Positions 12,370-26,055 of a DNA stretch of 64,000 nt are shown here, one piece after another. The DNA is from an uncultured delta proteobacterium (GTDB taxonomy: Bacteria; Myxococcota; Myxococcia; Myxococcales; Myxococcaceae), in the NCBI GenBank assembly GCA_963796055.1, contig CAWCKH010000004.1, positions 2,208,001 through 2,272,000 of the forward strand, in the 5' to 3' direction. Position 1 is the stretch's first letter, and every line of letters begins with the position of its first letter. The notes beneath the pieces are model-generated. The model did no database searches. It had not been told where the DNA came from and worked only from the letters and a program-made list of their open reading frames with translations. Made by a program: the position numbers and the translations under genes.

Positions 12370-12573
12370 TCACCAGCCGGGAGGGCCGCCCGGATTGCCC
12401 ATCGGCGTACCACCGCCACCGCCGCTTCCACCGCCCGGTGCAGGGGTGATGACCCCACCATCGGGGAGAGTCGTGTCCTGAGGTGTGGGGCGGACGGCGC
12501 TGTCGCCACCGCAGGCGACGACCAGCGCGCCGCCGCCGAGAACGAGGACCTGGAAGAGTCTACGCAGATGCAT
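12370..12573 (-). CDS. Small putative lipoprotein (67 aa), Gly/Pro-rich, ending in GW
   Basis: GGAGG RBS 7 nt before ATG 12573; MHLRRLFQVLVLGGGALVVAC lipobox-like signal. Confidence 0.6.
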   Translation of the reverse strand: MHLRRLFQVLVLGGGALVVACGGDSAVRPTPQDTTLPDGGVITPAPGGGSGGGGGTPMGNPGGPPGW

Positions 12574-12699
12574 GAAGTGCCTCCACGGCCTCCGGGGAGG
12601 CCTGCCTCCCGAAGACACCCTGGCGGGAACGCGTTGCGAGTGATGCCGCTGGCTGCGCAGCTCGCTCCAGAGGTCGCGAAACTGGCACGCTGACGAGCG

Positions 12700-15096
12700 G
12701 TGAGCACCACCACCCGATTCCAGGGAATGCTCGGCCGGCTGTCGCGGCGCCGTGGGTTCCTCGCTCTCACCGTCGCGGTTCTCGGGCTGGGGCTCGGCGC
12801 CGCGCTCACCGTCCTCGAGATCGCCGACGCCCTCTTCTGGAGGCCGCTGCCGTACGCCGACACGGATCGGCTGGTCTTCGCCTGGCAGTCCGATGGCCCC
12901 GGAACGCGCTTGACGGTGACCGGTGCCGACTTCCTCACCTGGGAGACGGAGGGCGAGCCGTTCTCCTCGATGGCGGCGATCAGCGCCCGGGGCTTCAACC
13001 TCGCCGGCGAGGGCGAGCCCGAGCGCGTGGAGGGAGCGCTGGTCTCGGCGGACGCCTTCCAGGTGCTCGGGGCGCGACCGCTCCTCGGTCGGCTCGTCGA
13101 CCCCGGGCCGCCGGGTCCGCGGGTGGCGGTGCTCTCCGAATCACTGTGGCGGCGCCGCTTCGGAGCCGACCCGGGGGTGCTCGGGCGCACGCTCACCCTC
13201 GACGGCGAGCCGGTGCAGGTGGTCGGGGTGGTCCCGGCAGCGTTCCGCTTCCCGGCGACGGCGCAGCTCTGGGTCTCGGCGCGGGGACGCGTCCCCGAGC
13301 ACCCGACCTACCCCATCGACCCGGAGACCGACCGGTCGCGGCACTTCCTCACCGTCATCGCCCGTCTGCGTCCGAGCTGGTCCGCCGGAACCGCCGCAGC
13401 GGCGCTGTCCACGGTGCAGGCACGGCTCGCCCGCGCGTTCCCCGACGAGGAGGGAGAGGTCGGCGGCGCCACGCTCACCCCGTTCCGCGAGCAGCTCTTC
13501 GGAGCGGCCCGGCCCCAGGTCTCGGTGCTGCTCGCGGTGGCCGCGCTCCTCGCGGGGGTGGCCTGGGTGAACGCCGCCCATCTCTTTCTCATCCGTCGGA
13601 CGCGCCGGGCGCACGAGCTCGCGGTGCGTCTGGCGCTGGGCGCGAGCCGTCGCTCGCTCTGGGTCCTCTTCCTCCGGGAGGCCGGGCTCATCGCCTTGCT
13701 GGCGGGCGCCCTCGCGCTGGGGCTGGCCGCCTGGGCCGCGCCGCTGCTCGTCGGAGCGAGTCCCCAGGCGACGGGAGTGCCGGTGCCGGGACTCTCGGGG
13801 CGGGTCCTCGGGCTGGCGGTGCTGCTGGTGGTCGCGACCGCGGTCTCGATGGCCGTGCTCGCCGGGCTCCAGCCGGTGCACACCACCGAGCAGATCCAGG
13901 AGGGCGGACGCACCGGCACCGAGGGGCGCGGCGCCCGGCGTCTCCGGACGGTGTTCCTCGGCTTCGAGGTCGGGCTGTCGCTTCTGCTCCTGCTCGGGAC
14001 CGGGCTCTTGCTGCGGAGCTACCTGGCGGTCCAGACGGTCGATCCAGGCTTCCGGAGCGGCGGGGTGCTGGCGGTGGATCTGCCGCTGGCCCGACTCAGG
14101 CATCCGACGGCCGCGTCGCAGGCGCGGTTCGCGATGGACGTGCTCCGTGCCCTGGGCAGCGACGCCCAGGTGGACGGCGCCGGATTCGTCTCCCAGCTGC
14201 CGCTCTCGCCCTCCAACACCATCGGGTCCCTGGCGCTGCCGGGTCAGGAGGATGCCGCATTCCCCTGCGACCTGCGGCTCGCCAGCCCCGGGTACTTCGA
14301 GACGCTGGGCATCCCCCTGCGGAGTGGGCGGCTCTTCGACGGTCGCGACGTGGAGGGCGGGCCCCCGGTGGCGATCATCAACGAGCTCGCCGCGCGGCGC
14401 GCCTTCGGGCCCAGGAGCGCGCTCGGGCAGAGGATCCTCGTCTGGGGCGAGCAGGTACCGAGCGAGGTGGTCGGCGTGGTGGGCAACGTCCGCCACACCG
14501 GGCTCGACGCCGAACCCCGGCCAGAGGCCTGGCGGCCCGTGGGCGCCGTGGGCTGGGCCAACCTCTCGCTGGTGGTGCGGGGGAAGGTTCCACCCGAGGC
14601 GCTGGTGGGGCCCGTCCGGGCCGCGATCCATTCGGTCGATGCCGAGCAGCCGCTGGTCCGGCCCGAGCCGATGCTCGAGCGGGCGGAGGCGTCGCTCGCG
14701 GTGCGCCGCTTCACCTTGGAGGTGCTCTCGGCCGGCGCGGCCGTGGCGCTGTTGCTGGCGCTCGCGGGCATCTACGGAGTCACTTCCTACGGGGTGGCAC
14801 AGCGGACCCGCGAGCTGGGCGTGCGCCTGGCGCTCGGGGCGACCCCGCGTGGCCTGGTGGAGATGGTGACCCGCGAGACGGTGGTGGTGGTTGGCGCCGG
14901 CTGCGGGGTGGGGCTCGTCGCGGGCGCGCTACTCTCGTGGGTGCTCTCGGGCCTGCTCTTCGGGGTCTCGCGGGTCGATCCGCTGACCTTCGTCGGCTGG
15001 CCCCTGGTCCTCACGGCGGTGGCAGCCGGTGCGGCCTGGGTGGCCGCCCGTCGCGCCTCGTCCGTCGACCCGGCGGACGCGCTCCGCCACGAGTAA
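12700..15096 (+). CDS. ADOP-type duplicated MacB/FtsX ABC permease
   Basis: Two MacB periplasmic plus FtsX halves: RPLPYADTDRLV, VLSESLWRRRFGADP, ELAVRLALGASR and GIYGVTSYGVAQRTRELGVRLALGA. Confidence 0.9.
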   Translation: MSTTTRFQGMLGRLSRRRGFLALTVAVLGLGLGAALTVLEIADALFWRPLPYADTDRLVFAWQSDGPGTRLTVTGADFLTWETEGEPFSSMAAISARGFNLAGEGEPERVEGALVSADAFQVLGARPLLGRLVDPGPPGPRVAVLSESLWRRRFGADPGVLGRTLTLDGEPVQVVGVVPAAFRFPATAQLWVSARGRVPEHPTYPIDPETDRSRHFLTVIARLRPSWSAGTAAAALSTVQARLARAFPDEEGEVGGATLTPFREQLFGAARPQVSVLLAVAALLAGVAWVNAAHLFLIRRTRRAHELAVRLALGASRRSLWVLFLREAGLIALLAGALALGLAAWAAPLLVGASPQATGVPVPGLSGRVLGLAVLLVVATAVSMAVLAGLQPVHTTEQIQEGGRTGTEGRGARRLRTVFLGFEVGLSLLLLLGTGLLLRSYLAVQTVDPGFRSGGVLAVDLPLARLRHPTAASQARFAMDVLRALGSDAQVDGAGFVSQLPLSPSNTIGSLALPGQEDAAFPCDLRLASPGYFETLGIPLRSGRLFDGRDVEGGPPVAIINELAARRAFGPRSALGQRILVWGEQVPSEVVGVVGNVRHTGLDAEPRPEAWRPVGAVGWANLSLVVRGKVPPEALVGPVRAAIHSVDAEQPLVRPEPMLERAEASLAVRRFTLEVLSAGAAVALLLALAGIYGVTSYGVAQRTRELGVRLALGATPRGLVEMVTRETVVVVGAGCGVGLVAGALLSWVLSGLLFGVSRVDPLTFVGWPLVLTAVAAGAAWVAARRASSVDPADALRHE

Positions 15097-15266
15097 CCTT
15101 CGCCTGTACCGGATTCGTGCAGCATCACGGTGCTAGCAGCCCGGTTGCAAGAGCCTCGCTGCTGGCCGGGCTGTCGTCTCGACGACGCCGCGCCTGCGCG
15201 CCCGCCGAGCGTCCGATTGGCAAGCACGGGCTCGCTGCGCAGCTTCGGCCTCGGAGGGGTTCCGCA

Positions 15267-17048
15267 ATCCGCTCGCTCGCGCATTCGATCCGTCCCCTGG
15301 TCCTCGCGCTCACCGTCACCGCGCTCGGCTGCAGCGAGCGCGTGTCGTGGGTCGGCTTCCACGGAGACGCGCTGCGGAGCGGGTGGAACCCGCGCGAGAC
15401 CATGCTGACTCCCGAGGCGGTCGCCGGCGGCCGCTTCGGAAAGCGCTGGGATTCGCCTCCCTTCGACGCCTACGACGGCGTTCCGGGCCGGGCCTACGCC
15501 AGCCCCCTCTACCTCGAGGACGTGAAGGTGACGGGTGGCCCCTTCGCGGGTCGGGTCCTGGACGCGGTCTTCGTCGCCACCAGCAACGCCGACGTCTACG
15601 CCGTGACCCCGCTCTCCGTGCGGAACGCTCCGGCCGGCACGGTGCTCTGGAAGCGACACCTCGGCGACCCGGGCGACAGGATCGATGGGCTCCGCGTCGG
15701 CGTGATCGGCACCCCGGTGGTCGATCTGAAATCTCAGCCACCGCGCCTCTATCTCGCCGCCGACGTCCAGGCTGCTGTGTCCGAGGGGGGAACCGCCTGG
15801 CGCGTCTTCGCCCTCGACCTCACCAGCGGCAACGTGCTCCCAGGGTGGCCGGTCCTCCTGAACGCGTCCACGGTCACTCCGGTCAACGAGAACGGTCCGG
15901 CTGCCTTCGTCGAGGCCGGCAGGCTTTCGCAGCGCGGAGGGCTGGCCACCAGCCCCGACGGCCGTCTGCTCTACGTCCCGTTCGGCGGGTACTTCGGTGG
16001 GAGCGTCGGGTGGCTGGTGGCGATCGACACGGTGAAACCCCGGGTTGCCAGCTCCTTCTCGTCCAGCCCCGAAATGGAAGGAAGGGCGAACGGAGGAATC
16101 TGGGCCTCCGGCGGACCGGCGGTGGACGCGGACGGAAGCGTCTGGGCAGTGACGGGCAACAGCCCGCCCAAGCTTCTGGAGCGGACGTGGGGAGTCTCCG
16201 TGCTCCGGTGGGCCCCGGGTGTCCCTCTGCGGTTGACCGGCACGTACACCCCCTGGAACCATTGCCAGCTCGACACCGGCGACATCGACCTCTGCGGCAG
16301 CGGCGTGACGCTCCTCCCGGAGGTCCGAGGCACGAGTACGCCGCGGCTCGCCGTCGTGGGCGGCAAGCAGGGCAACGTGTATCTGCTCGACCGGGACCAT
16401 CTTCCCGGCGCGCTCGATGCACGCCCGGCCTGCAACTACAAGTCGCCCACCGACGGGCTTCCAGACGGCTCGCTCTGGGATCCCGCCGCGCCTCGCCCGT
16501 ACTACCGGGACCGTAGCCCCGGGCCCCTGAACGTCTTCGGCCCCTACAGCGAGGACGACGGGTGGGCGATGAAGGCCAAGGCGCGCTCGACCCCGGCGGT
16601 CTTCCAGGCGGAGAACGGCACGACCTACGTGGTGGTCACCGGCTCGACCAAGGACCCGGTGGACCTCGTCACCCCCCGTGCGCCCTCGGTGGCGCGGCTC
16701 CGCGTGGTCACGCCTTCGCCCACCCGGCCGGCGCACCTCGAGCTCGAGGCCTACGAGACGACGCTGGTCTTCAAGAGTCCCGGCACGCCGGTGATCAGCA
16801 GCAACGGCGGACGGGACGCCATCGCCTGGATCGTCGAGCCCAACGTCGGCCGGCTCGATAGTCTGACGACCGCGCCCGCGGCCACGCTCCACGCGGTCGA
16901 CGTGATGCGCATGCAGGCGCTCTGGAGCAGCAAGCCAGGCGATCTGTTCCCGGGCGCGAAGTACAACCACCCGGTGGTCGCCCGGGGGCAGGTCATCGTG
17001 GCCACCGACCGGGTGACGGGATTCGGGCTCGAGCCGCCGGAGCTCTAG
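15267..17048 (+). CDS. Secreted/lipoprotein PQQ-like beta-propeller protein (start uncertain)
   Basis: 3' part of ORF 13146..17048. Lipobox-like TALGC, FHGDALRSGWNPRET.LTP, QRGGL, GGIWASGGPAVD, DIDLCGSG and GGKQGNVYLLDR. Confidence 0.75.
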   Translation: MRSLAHSIRPLVLALTVTALGCSERVSWVGFHGDALRSGWNPRETMLTPEAVAGGRFGKRWDSPPFDAYDGVPGRAYASPLYLEDVKVTGGPFAGRVLDAVFVATSNADVYAVTPLSVRNAPAGTVLWKRHLGDPGDRIDGLRVGVIGTPVVDLKSQPPRLYLAADVQAAVSEGGTAWRVFALDLTSGNVLPGWPVLLNASTVTPVNENGPAAFVEAGRLSQRGGLATSPDGRLLYVPFGGYFGGSVGWLVAIDTVKPRVASSFSSSPEMEGRANGGIWASGGPAVDADGSVWAVTGNSPPKLLERTWGVSVLRWAPGVPLRLTGTYTPWNHCQLDTGDIDLCGSGVTLLPEVRGTSTPRLAVVGGKQGNVYLLDRDHLPGALDARPACNYKSPTDGLPDGSLWDPAAPRPYYRDRSPGPLNVFGPYSEDDGWAMKAKARSTPAVFQAENGTTYVVVTGSTKDPVDLVTPRAPSVARLRVVTPSPTRPAHLELEAYETTLVFKSPGTPVISSNGGRDAIAWIVEPNVGRLDSLTTAPAATLHAVDVMRMQALWSSKPGDLFPGAKYNHPVVARGQVIVATDRVTGFGLEPPEL

Positions 17049-17247
17049 GACTCGGAGCCAGGGGGCAACTGCGCTGCGTCCCGGCCGGTGTCCGGATTCG
17101 TCCATGAGCGGACGACCAGCCAGACGTGGGCGGGCCGGCCTGCGAACGCAGGTGCAGACATCGGACCGGGCTTCGCCGAGCCGGAACTGGCGATCCTCCC
17201 GGAAGCGCGTCACTAGCGAGGCCGAGGTCCGTCGAGCCGTCGGCAGG

Positions 17248-18990
17248 TCAGGCGGGGAGCGGGGCGGGGGTGCTCCGCTGGAACTCGTCGACGACGTCCG
17301 CCACCGTGACCCGTCGATCGATGGCGCCGACGCGCTGCTCCATCCCCTCGGCCCGGAGGATGTCGCGGACCATGGCTCGCGCGCCCACCAGGCGCAGTGA
17401 GATGCCGGCGTCGCCCAGCTCCTGGTGAAGGTTGGCCAGCATCCGCACTCCGGCGGTGTCCACCCTCGGAGAGGAGGACAGGTCGATCAGCACCAGCTTC
17501 AGTGGCCCGGCGAAGGTCCGGATGCCCGTGCGGATCGCCTCCCGGACGTGCTCCACGTTGAAGTAGACCAGCGACGCCTCCACCCGGACGATGAGCACCC
17601 CCGGTACCGGCTCGTTCTCGGGATTACGCTCCAGGTCGGAGAAGCTCCGCGTCCCGGGGATGCGGCCGAGAAACGCCACGGTCGGGTGCGCGGCCCTCCG
17701 GATGACGATAAGCAGCGAGAACACCACCGCCACCATCACCCCCTTGAGGATGCCGAGCAGCAGCACCGCGGCGAATGCCGCGATGGACACGGCGAACTCC
17801 CGGCGGCTCACGCGCCAGAGGTGCCGCAGCTCGCGGACGTTGATCAGCCCCTTCACCGCCACCAACACGATGGCCGCCAGCACCACGTTGGGGAGGTTGG
17901 CGAGCATCCCGGTCAGGAACATCAGGCACACGCCGATGGTCAGCGAGGCGAACACCAGCGCCAGCGGAGTCCTCGCCCCGGCCTTGTCGTTCACCGACGA
18001 CTGCGACAGACCCCCGGCGAGCGGGTAGGACTGGAAGAGCGCCGCGGCCAGGTTGGCCGCGCCCAGGCCGAGCAGCTCCTGCCGGGGATCGATCTCCTGC
18101 CGGTGGGCCTGGGCCAGGGCCCGCGCCGCGGAGACGCTCTCCACGTAGGAGAGCAGGAGGCAGGCGAAGGCCAGCGGGATGAGCCCGTCCACCTCTCGCG
18201 GCCGCAGCCCGGGCGGCTCGAAGTGGGGCAGACCCTTCGGCAGGGCCCCAACAACCTTGAAGCCGAGCTCGCCCAGCGAGGTCACCGAGAGCAGGACGAT
18301 GGAGATCGCCACCACCAGCAGGGCGACCGGCCGGCCAGGGAGGAACTTCTCGCCCAGCAGCAGCACCACGATGGCCGCCACGCCGAAGCCGAGCACTGTC
18401 AGGTTGGTCGAGGGGAGCTGGCTCCAGAGGATGGCCAGCCGCTCGAAGAAGCCCTCCCCCCCACCTTTCACCCCGAACAGCTTGGGGAGCTGGGTGGTGG
18501 CGATGGTGAAGGCGGCACCGGCCTTGAAACCGAGGAGGATGGTCTCGCTGATGAAGTTGACCAGCGAGCTCAGTCGCAGGACCCAGGCGAGCACGAACAT
18601 CATCGCGGTGACCAGCGCGGTGAGCGCGGTGACCTCGGCAAACCGTCCAGGGTTCCCGGCGACCATCTCTGCGACCGTGACGCCGACCAGCAAGGAGATG
18701 GCCGAGGTGGGGCCGATCGCCAGCTGGCGGGACGAGCCGAACAGCGCATAGGCCAGCCCGCCGACGAGGTAGCCGTACACCCCGTACTGGGGCGGCAGCC
18801 CGGCGAGCGAGGCGTAGGCGAGCGACACCGGGATGCCGTAGGCGGCCAGGGTCACCCCGGCGACCGCGTCGCGAGGGAGCCAGCCCGCCTGGTAGGTGGT
18901 GAGCCACTGCGCGGGCGGAAAGACCGCACGCCATCCCCGGACGGGAGTGCCTCCCGGCACCGGGCTCGCCGCGGGCGCATCGGTGGCCAT
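17248..18990 (-). CDS. SulP-family anion transporter with STAS domain
   Basis: DAVAGVTLA, LAYASLAGLPPQYGVY, FGSSRQLAIGPTS; STAS motif LIDLSSSPRVDTAG. Confidence 0.95.
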   Translation of the reverse strand: MATDAPAASPVPGGTPVRGWRAVFPPAQWLTTYQAGWLPRDAVAGVTLAAYGIPVSLAYASLAGLPPQYGVYGYLVGGLAYALFGSSRQLAIGPTSAISLLVGVTVAEMVAGNPGRFAEVTALTALVTAMMFVLAWVLRLSSLVNFISETILLGFKAGAAFTIATTQLPKLFGVKGGGEGFFERLAILWSQLPSTNLTVLGFGVAAIVVLLLGEKFLPGRPVALLVVAISIVLLSVTSLGELGFKVVGALPKGLPHFEPPGLRPREVDGLIPLAFACLLLSYVESVSAARALAQAHRQEIDPRQELLGLGAANLAAALFQSYPLAGGLSQSSVNDKAGARTPLALVFASLTIGVCLMFLTGMLANLPNVVLAAIVLVAVKGLINVRELRHLWRVSRREFAVSIAAFAAVLLLGILKGVMVAVVFSLLIVIRRAAHPTVAFLGRIPGTRSFSDLERNPENEPVPGVLIVRVEASLVYFNVEHVREAIRTGIRTFAGPLKLVLIDLSSSPRVDTAGVRMLANLHQELGDAGISLRLVGARAMVRDILRAEGMEQRVGAIDRRVTVADVVDEFQRSTPAPLPA

Positions 18991-19045
18991 GGCCCGACTT
19001 GGCCACAGACCAAGGGTCTCGGGGATGGGCCCTAGGTCGTACGGG

Positions 19046-19540
19046 TCAGGGCGCGTCGCCCTTGGCGGCCTCGGCCTTGAGCCGCTGGTACTCCTCCCAG
19101 TGGCGGCGGGCCTCGTCGAGCAGGCGGCGGATCTCCTTCTCCTCCGCCGTGCCGAGCGCGCCGCCGCGCTGGCCACCAGGGCCAGGGGTGGAGGTCGCCT
19201 TGCCCTCGACGATGCGCAGCTCACGGGGCTCGGCCTCGCCGTCCCAGGAGAGCAAGAGATGCAGATCGCCGCGGTGCCGCTGGAAGAGCGGCGCCAGCAG
19301 CCGGAGGGTGAAGGTGGCCTGCGGATCCTCCTGGACCACCAGGCTCTCCGCCTCGAGCCCCTCTGCCACCTTCCGCAGCTTCAGCCGCGAGCGGCCAAAG
19401 GAGACCTCGGCCCCGTCCTGTGTCGACAGCCGCAGCCCGGGCAGGCTCGCATCCTCCACCGCCTGGGCCAGGGCCCCCGGGGTGACGGTGAGCCGAAGCA
19501 CGAGCACCTCGGCGGACGAGAGCGTGGGCGGCTGGCTCAG
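19046..19540 (-). CDS. Hypothetical protein, last gene of the prkA operon (probable CTG start overlapping the spoVR stop)
   Basis: Protein-like ORF ending in a charged helix ([23 protein letters not shown]); CTGA start/stop overlap at 19537-19540. Confidence 0.6.
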   Translation of the reverse strand: MSQPPTLSSAEVLVLRLTVTPGALAQAVEDASLPGLRLSTQDGAEVSFGRSRLKLRKVAEGLEAESLVVQEDPQATFTLRLLAPLFQRHRGDLHLLLSWDGEAEPRELRIVEGKATSTPGPGGQRGGALGTAEEKEIRRLLDEARRHWEEYQRLKAEAAKGDAP

Positions 19541-21029
19541 AGTTCCACCCTCTTCTCGGTATGGTTCTGACCGTCGAAGCGCAGGCACACGCCCTTGTTC
19601 TCCACCTTGGTCACGAGATTACACGGGCGGCGCCAGACGGTCTGGAGGTTTCGCAGGGTCTCGCGGGCATAGTCCGGCTTGAGGTCCTGCCCGTCGTGCT
19701 TGTGCGCCAGGAGCAGCTCACCCCGGTTCTCGAAGTTCCCGTCCACCACCTCGATGATCGGCTGGCCGAAGTTGGTGAGCTGGGACAGCAGCTTGTTCTT
19801 CACCTTGCGGAACTCGCGGTCGAGGATCTCCCAGCTGTTCCGCTTCTCGTTGAAGCCGTAGACGAACAGCTTCTGCTCGATCGCGAACTCCGGGGTGAGG
19901 AAGGTGTCGATGAAGGTGACGTCGTTGTAGTGCTTGCGAACCTCGAAGATCTTCTCCCGGCCCAGGCCCAGGTTCTTGTCCCAGGCGCGGCGGGCCTTGA
20001 GGTCGTCACACTCGTCCCACTCCTTGCCGAAGCGGCCCTTGTTCCACCGCTCCTCGATGTCCCGATACAGCTCGATGCCCAGCTTGTAGGGGTTCAGCGC
20101 GCCGGGGCGGGTGCCCAGGGTGCCGGAGTGGTGGTCGGCATAGTCGACGACCTCGTCGGCGGTCAGAGCCTTCCTGGTCATGATCGTCGAGTGCCAGTAG
20201 GAGGCCCAGCCCTCGTTCATGATCTTGGTCTGTCCCTGGGGCGCGAAGTAGTAGGCCTCCTCGCGGAGGATGGCCAGCACGTCGAACTCCCACGGCTCGA
20301 GCGGGGCGTGCTCCAGGAGGAAGAGCAGGACGTCCCGCTGCGGCCGCTCGGGGAAGTGCTTCTTCTTCGCCTTCTCGTCCTCGACCTTCTTTCGCTGCGA
20401 CTCGAGGAACTCGGTGGGGTTGACGTAGCCGCGCATGTACTCGCGGTCGACCCGGAAGCCCTCCACCCGCTCGTTGCTCTTCTCCTCCTGCTCGGCCCGC
20501 TTCGGGTCCGGGGAGCGGCGGATGTACGGCGAGTGGTAGTCGATCAGGTTCTCCAGGGAGAGGGCCCGGTCGATGAAGTCCTCGACCTTCTCGATGCCCA
20601 CCTTGTCCACCCAGCGCCGGACGCGGGTGGCGTGATTGGCCATCTCGTCCATCATCCGGCGGTTGGTGTGCTGGAAATAGAAGTTGTTCTTGAAGAAGTC
20701 GCAGTGCCCGTACACGTGGGCCATCACCAGCTTCTGGTCCACCTCGGCATTCGACTCGAGCAGGTACGCGTAACAGGGCTCGTTGTTGATGACCAGCTCG
20801 TAGATCTTCGAGAGCCCGTACTCGTAGCCCTTGCTGAGCTGCTCGTACTCCATCCCCCAGCGCCAGTGAGGGTAGCGGTTGGGGAAGCCGCCGTAGGAGG
20901 CGACCATGTTCAGCTCGTCGTAGCCGAGGAGCTCGAACACCGTCTCGAAGAAGTCCAGACCGAAGCCCTGGGCGTAGCCTTCGATCTCCTCCTTGAGCTG
21001 GGCCAGGCGAGGGGTGAGGCTCTTGGGCA

Positions 21030-21030
<1 letters not shown>
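19537..21030 (-). CDS. spoVR: SpoVR/YcgB-family protein
   Basis: [47 protein letters not shown] and NPYKLG. Confidence 0.95.
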
Positions 21031-22139
<1,109 letters not shown>

Positions 22140-22141
22140 CG

Positions 22142-24214
<2,073 letters not shown>

Positions 24215-24457
24215 CCTCTGGACGCTCCGCCAGGGCGGGCGCCCATTGAAACCCCACACCGGCGCGGGATGGGACCGCGCGAGCGTGTCCGGCGCTGAAG
24301 GGGCGGGCGGCTCCCGAAGGCCAGGGCCTGCCGGGGGGCGCCGTCCCGCGCGTCCGGGACGCGGGGTGGAGACTTCCTGCTAAGGGTGAAGCTTATTCCT
24401 TCCGGCGGAGCGCTTCCAATGCCCCCCGGGTCCCTGCTAGGCGCAGCGGACAGATCG

Positions 24458-26047
24458 ATGCCCACTCCATCCGTCGCTCCCCGGATCGAGGACTCCCCGT
24501 TGGCCAGCTCCCCTCCCCGCGTGTCGAGCGAGGAGGCGCGAGCGGCCTGGAGTCTGCTCTTCGCCTGCGCTCTGGTGCTTCTACCTCGGCTGGCTGTCTT
24601 CCCCTGGAGCGAGAATCTCTACGGCGACGCCGTGGTCCGCACCGAGCTCGCCCAGCGCTGGCTGGACAACCCCCACTGGATCGCCCACATGGACGACGGC
24701 GCCTTCCAGTACGGGCCGTTGCACGTGTATCTGCTGGCAGGTGCGCTCGCCCTGGGCATCGACCGCGAGGATGCGGGCCGGTGGGTGAGTCTGCTGTTCG
24801 GTGTGCTCTCGGTGCTCCCGCTCTGGTCGCTGTCGCGCCGGCTGGGAGGGACCCAGGGCGCCTGGTGGGCCACGGCCGGGCTGGCGCTGTGGGGCATGCA
24901 CATCCAGATGTCCACCACCGCCGGGAGCGAGTCGGTGGGCCTCTCCTTCGTCCTCTGGTCGCTGGCGCTCCTGGCCGAGGGCCTGGACGAGAACCGCTTC
25001 CCGCCGCTCTTCGGCAGCGCGCTGGTGCTGAACCTGGCCTGCGCCGTCCGCTACGACTGCTGGCTGCTCATCCCGCTCCTCTGCGTGCTCCTGCTTCTCG
25101 GAGACCGCGACCGGGTGGCGGCCGTCACCCGCTCGGTCTGCTACGGGCTGCTGTCCATTCCCTTCGTCGCCGCGTGGATGCAGGGGAACGAGCGGGCCAA
25201 GGGCGACCCGTTTGCGCCCATCAAGTACATCGAGAGCTTCCACCAGGCCTGGGTGGCGGAGGGCGTGGCGCGCTGGACCTCCGTCGGGTACCGCGCCCAG
25301 AACCTCTTCTTCTGGCCGGCGGTGGCGCTCTTGACCCTCTCCCCGCTCATCGCCTGGTTCGGAATGCGGGGGATGATCCAGGTCTGGCGGCAGCGGCGGG
25401 AGTACCGCTGGCTGATCTGGGTGCTTCTGGCGCCGACGGCGTACTTCACCTTTCGCAGCGTGGTGCTCCTGAACTTCGTCCCCTTGGCCCGCTTCGCGGT
25501 GTCGCAGGTGGCGCTGCTGCTGCCGTTCGTGGGCGTGGGCTACCTGGCCACGGTCGAGGGTCGCTCGCTCGCCGCACGGCGGACCTGGGCGGCAGCGGCG
25601 CTGGGGCTGGCGGTGCTCTTCCCGGTGGTGATCGGCATCCTCACCGTCCACCGTGACGACCAGGTCGCCACCTCGCTCCGTCCGGTGAGCCCGGTGTCCA
25701 CCAACCCGCCAGCGGTGATGAAGGTGGCCGGCTGGCTGAAGTCCGAGGTCGCGCCGGTGGGTGGGGCGGCCGCGCTCGATGTGGACCCGCAGTACTGGGA
25801 TCTCCAGATCGCCTTCTTCAGCGGGCTGCCCGACACCCGCATCTCCCGGATGCGCTGGGACATCTTCAGAAAGCAGCTCGCCGAGCAGCGGCCGGAGGTG
25901 CTGGTGCGGCGCGAGGGCGGGATGCTGGAGAAAGAGCCCGACTTCCTGCTCCAGGGAGATACCATCTCCTTCGACGGGGACGGCTGGGAAGAGGTCCCGG
26001 GTTTCCAGCGTCCCTGGCACGTCTACCGTCGCGCCGGCAGCCACTAG
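24458..26047 (+). CDS. GT-C fold (ArnT/PMT, family 39-like) membrane glycosyltransferase
   Basis: Many TM helices; YGDA, YGPLH, SE and RYDCW motifs. Confidence 0.75.
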   Translation: MPTPSVAPRIEDSPLASSPPRVSSEEARAAWSLLFACALVLLPRLAVFPWSENLYGDAVVRTELAQRWLDNPHWIAHMDDGAFQYGPLHVYLLAGALALGIDREDAGRWVSLLFGVLSVLPLWSLSRRLGGTQGAWWATAGLALWGMHIQMSTTAGSESVGLSFVLWSLALLAEGLDENRFPPLFGSALVLNLACAVRYDCWLLIPLLCVLLLLGDRDRVAAVTRSVCYGLLSIPFVAAWMQGNERAKGDPFAPIKYIESFHQAWVAEGVARWTSVGYRAQNLFFWPAVALLTLSPLIAWFGMRGMIQVWRQRREYRWLIWVLLAPTAYFTFRSVVLLNFVPLARFAVSQVALLLPFVGVGYLATVEGRSLAARRTWAAAALGLAVLFPVVIGILTVHRDDQVATSLRPVSPVSTNPPAVMKVAGWLKSEVAPVGGAAALDVDPQYWDLQIAFFSGLPDTRISRMRWDIFRKQLAEQRPEVLVRREGGMLEKEPDFLLQGDTISFDGDGWEEVPGFQRPWHVYRRAGSH

Positions 26048-26055
26048 AGGGCCCC

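Noticed and set aside
15134..15149. Sigma54-like TAGCAGCCCGGTTGCA
   Set aside because: Lacks the invariant -24 GG; too weak to call.
13146..15266. 5' part of the 1300-aa ORF
   Set aside because: Arg/Gly/Ala-rich alternative frame overlapping the permease; only the part from ~15267 looks like a real protein.
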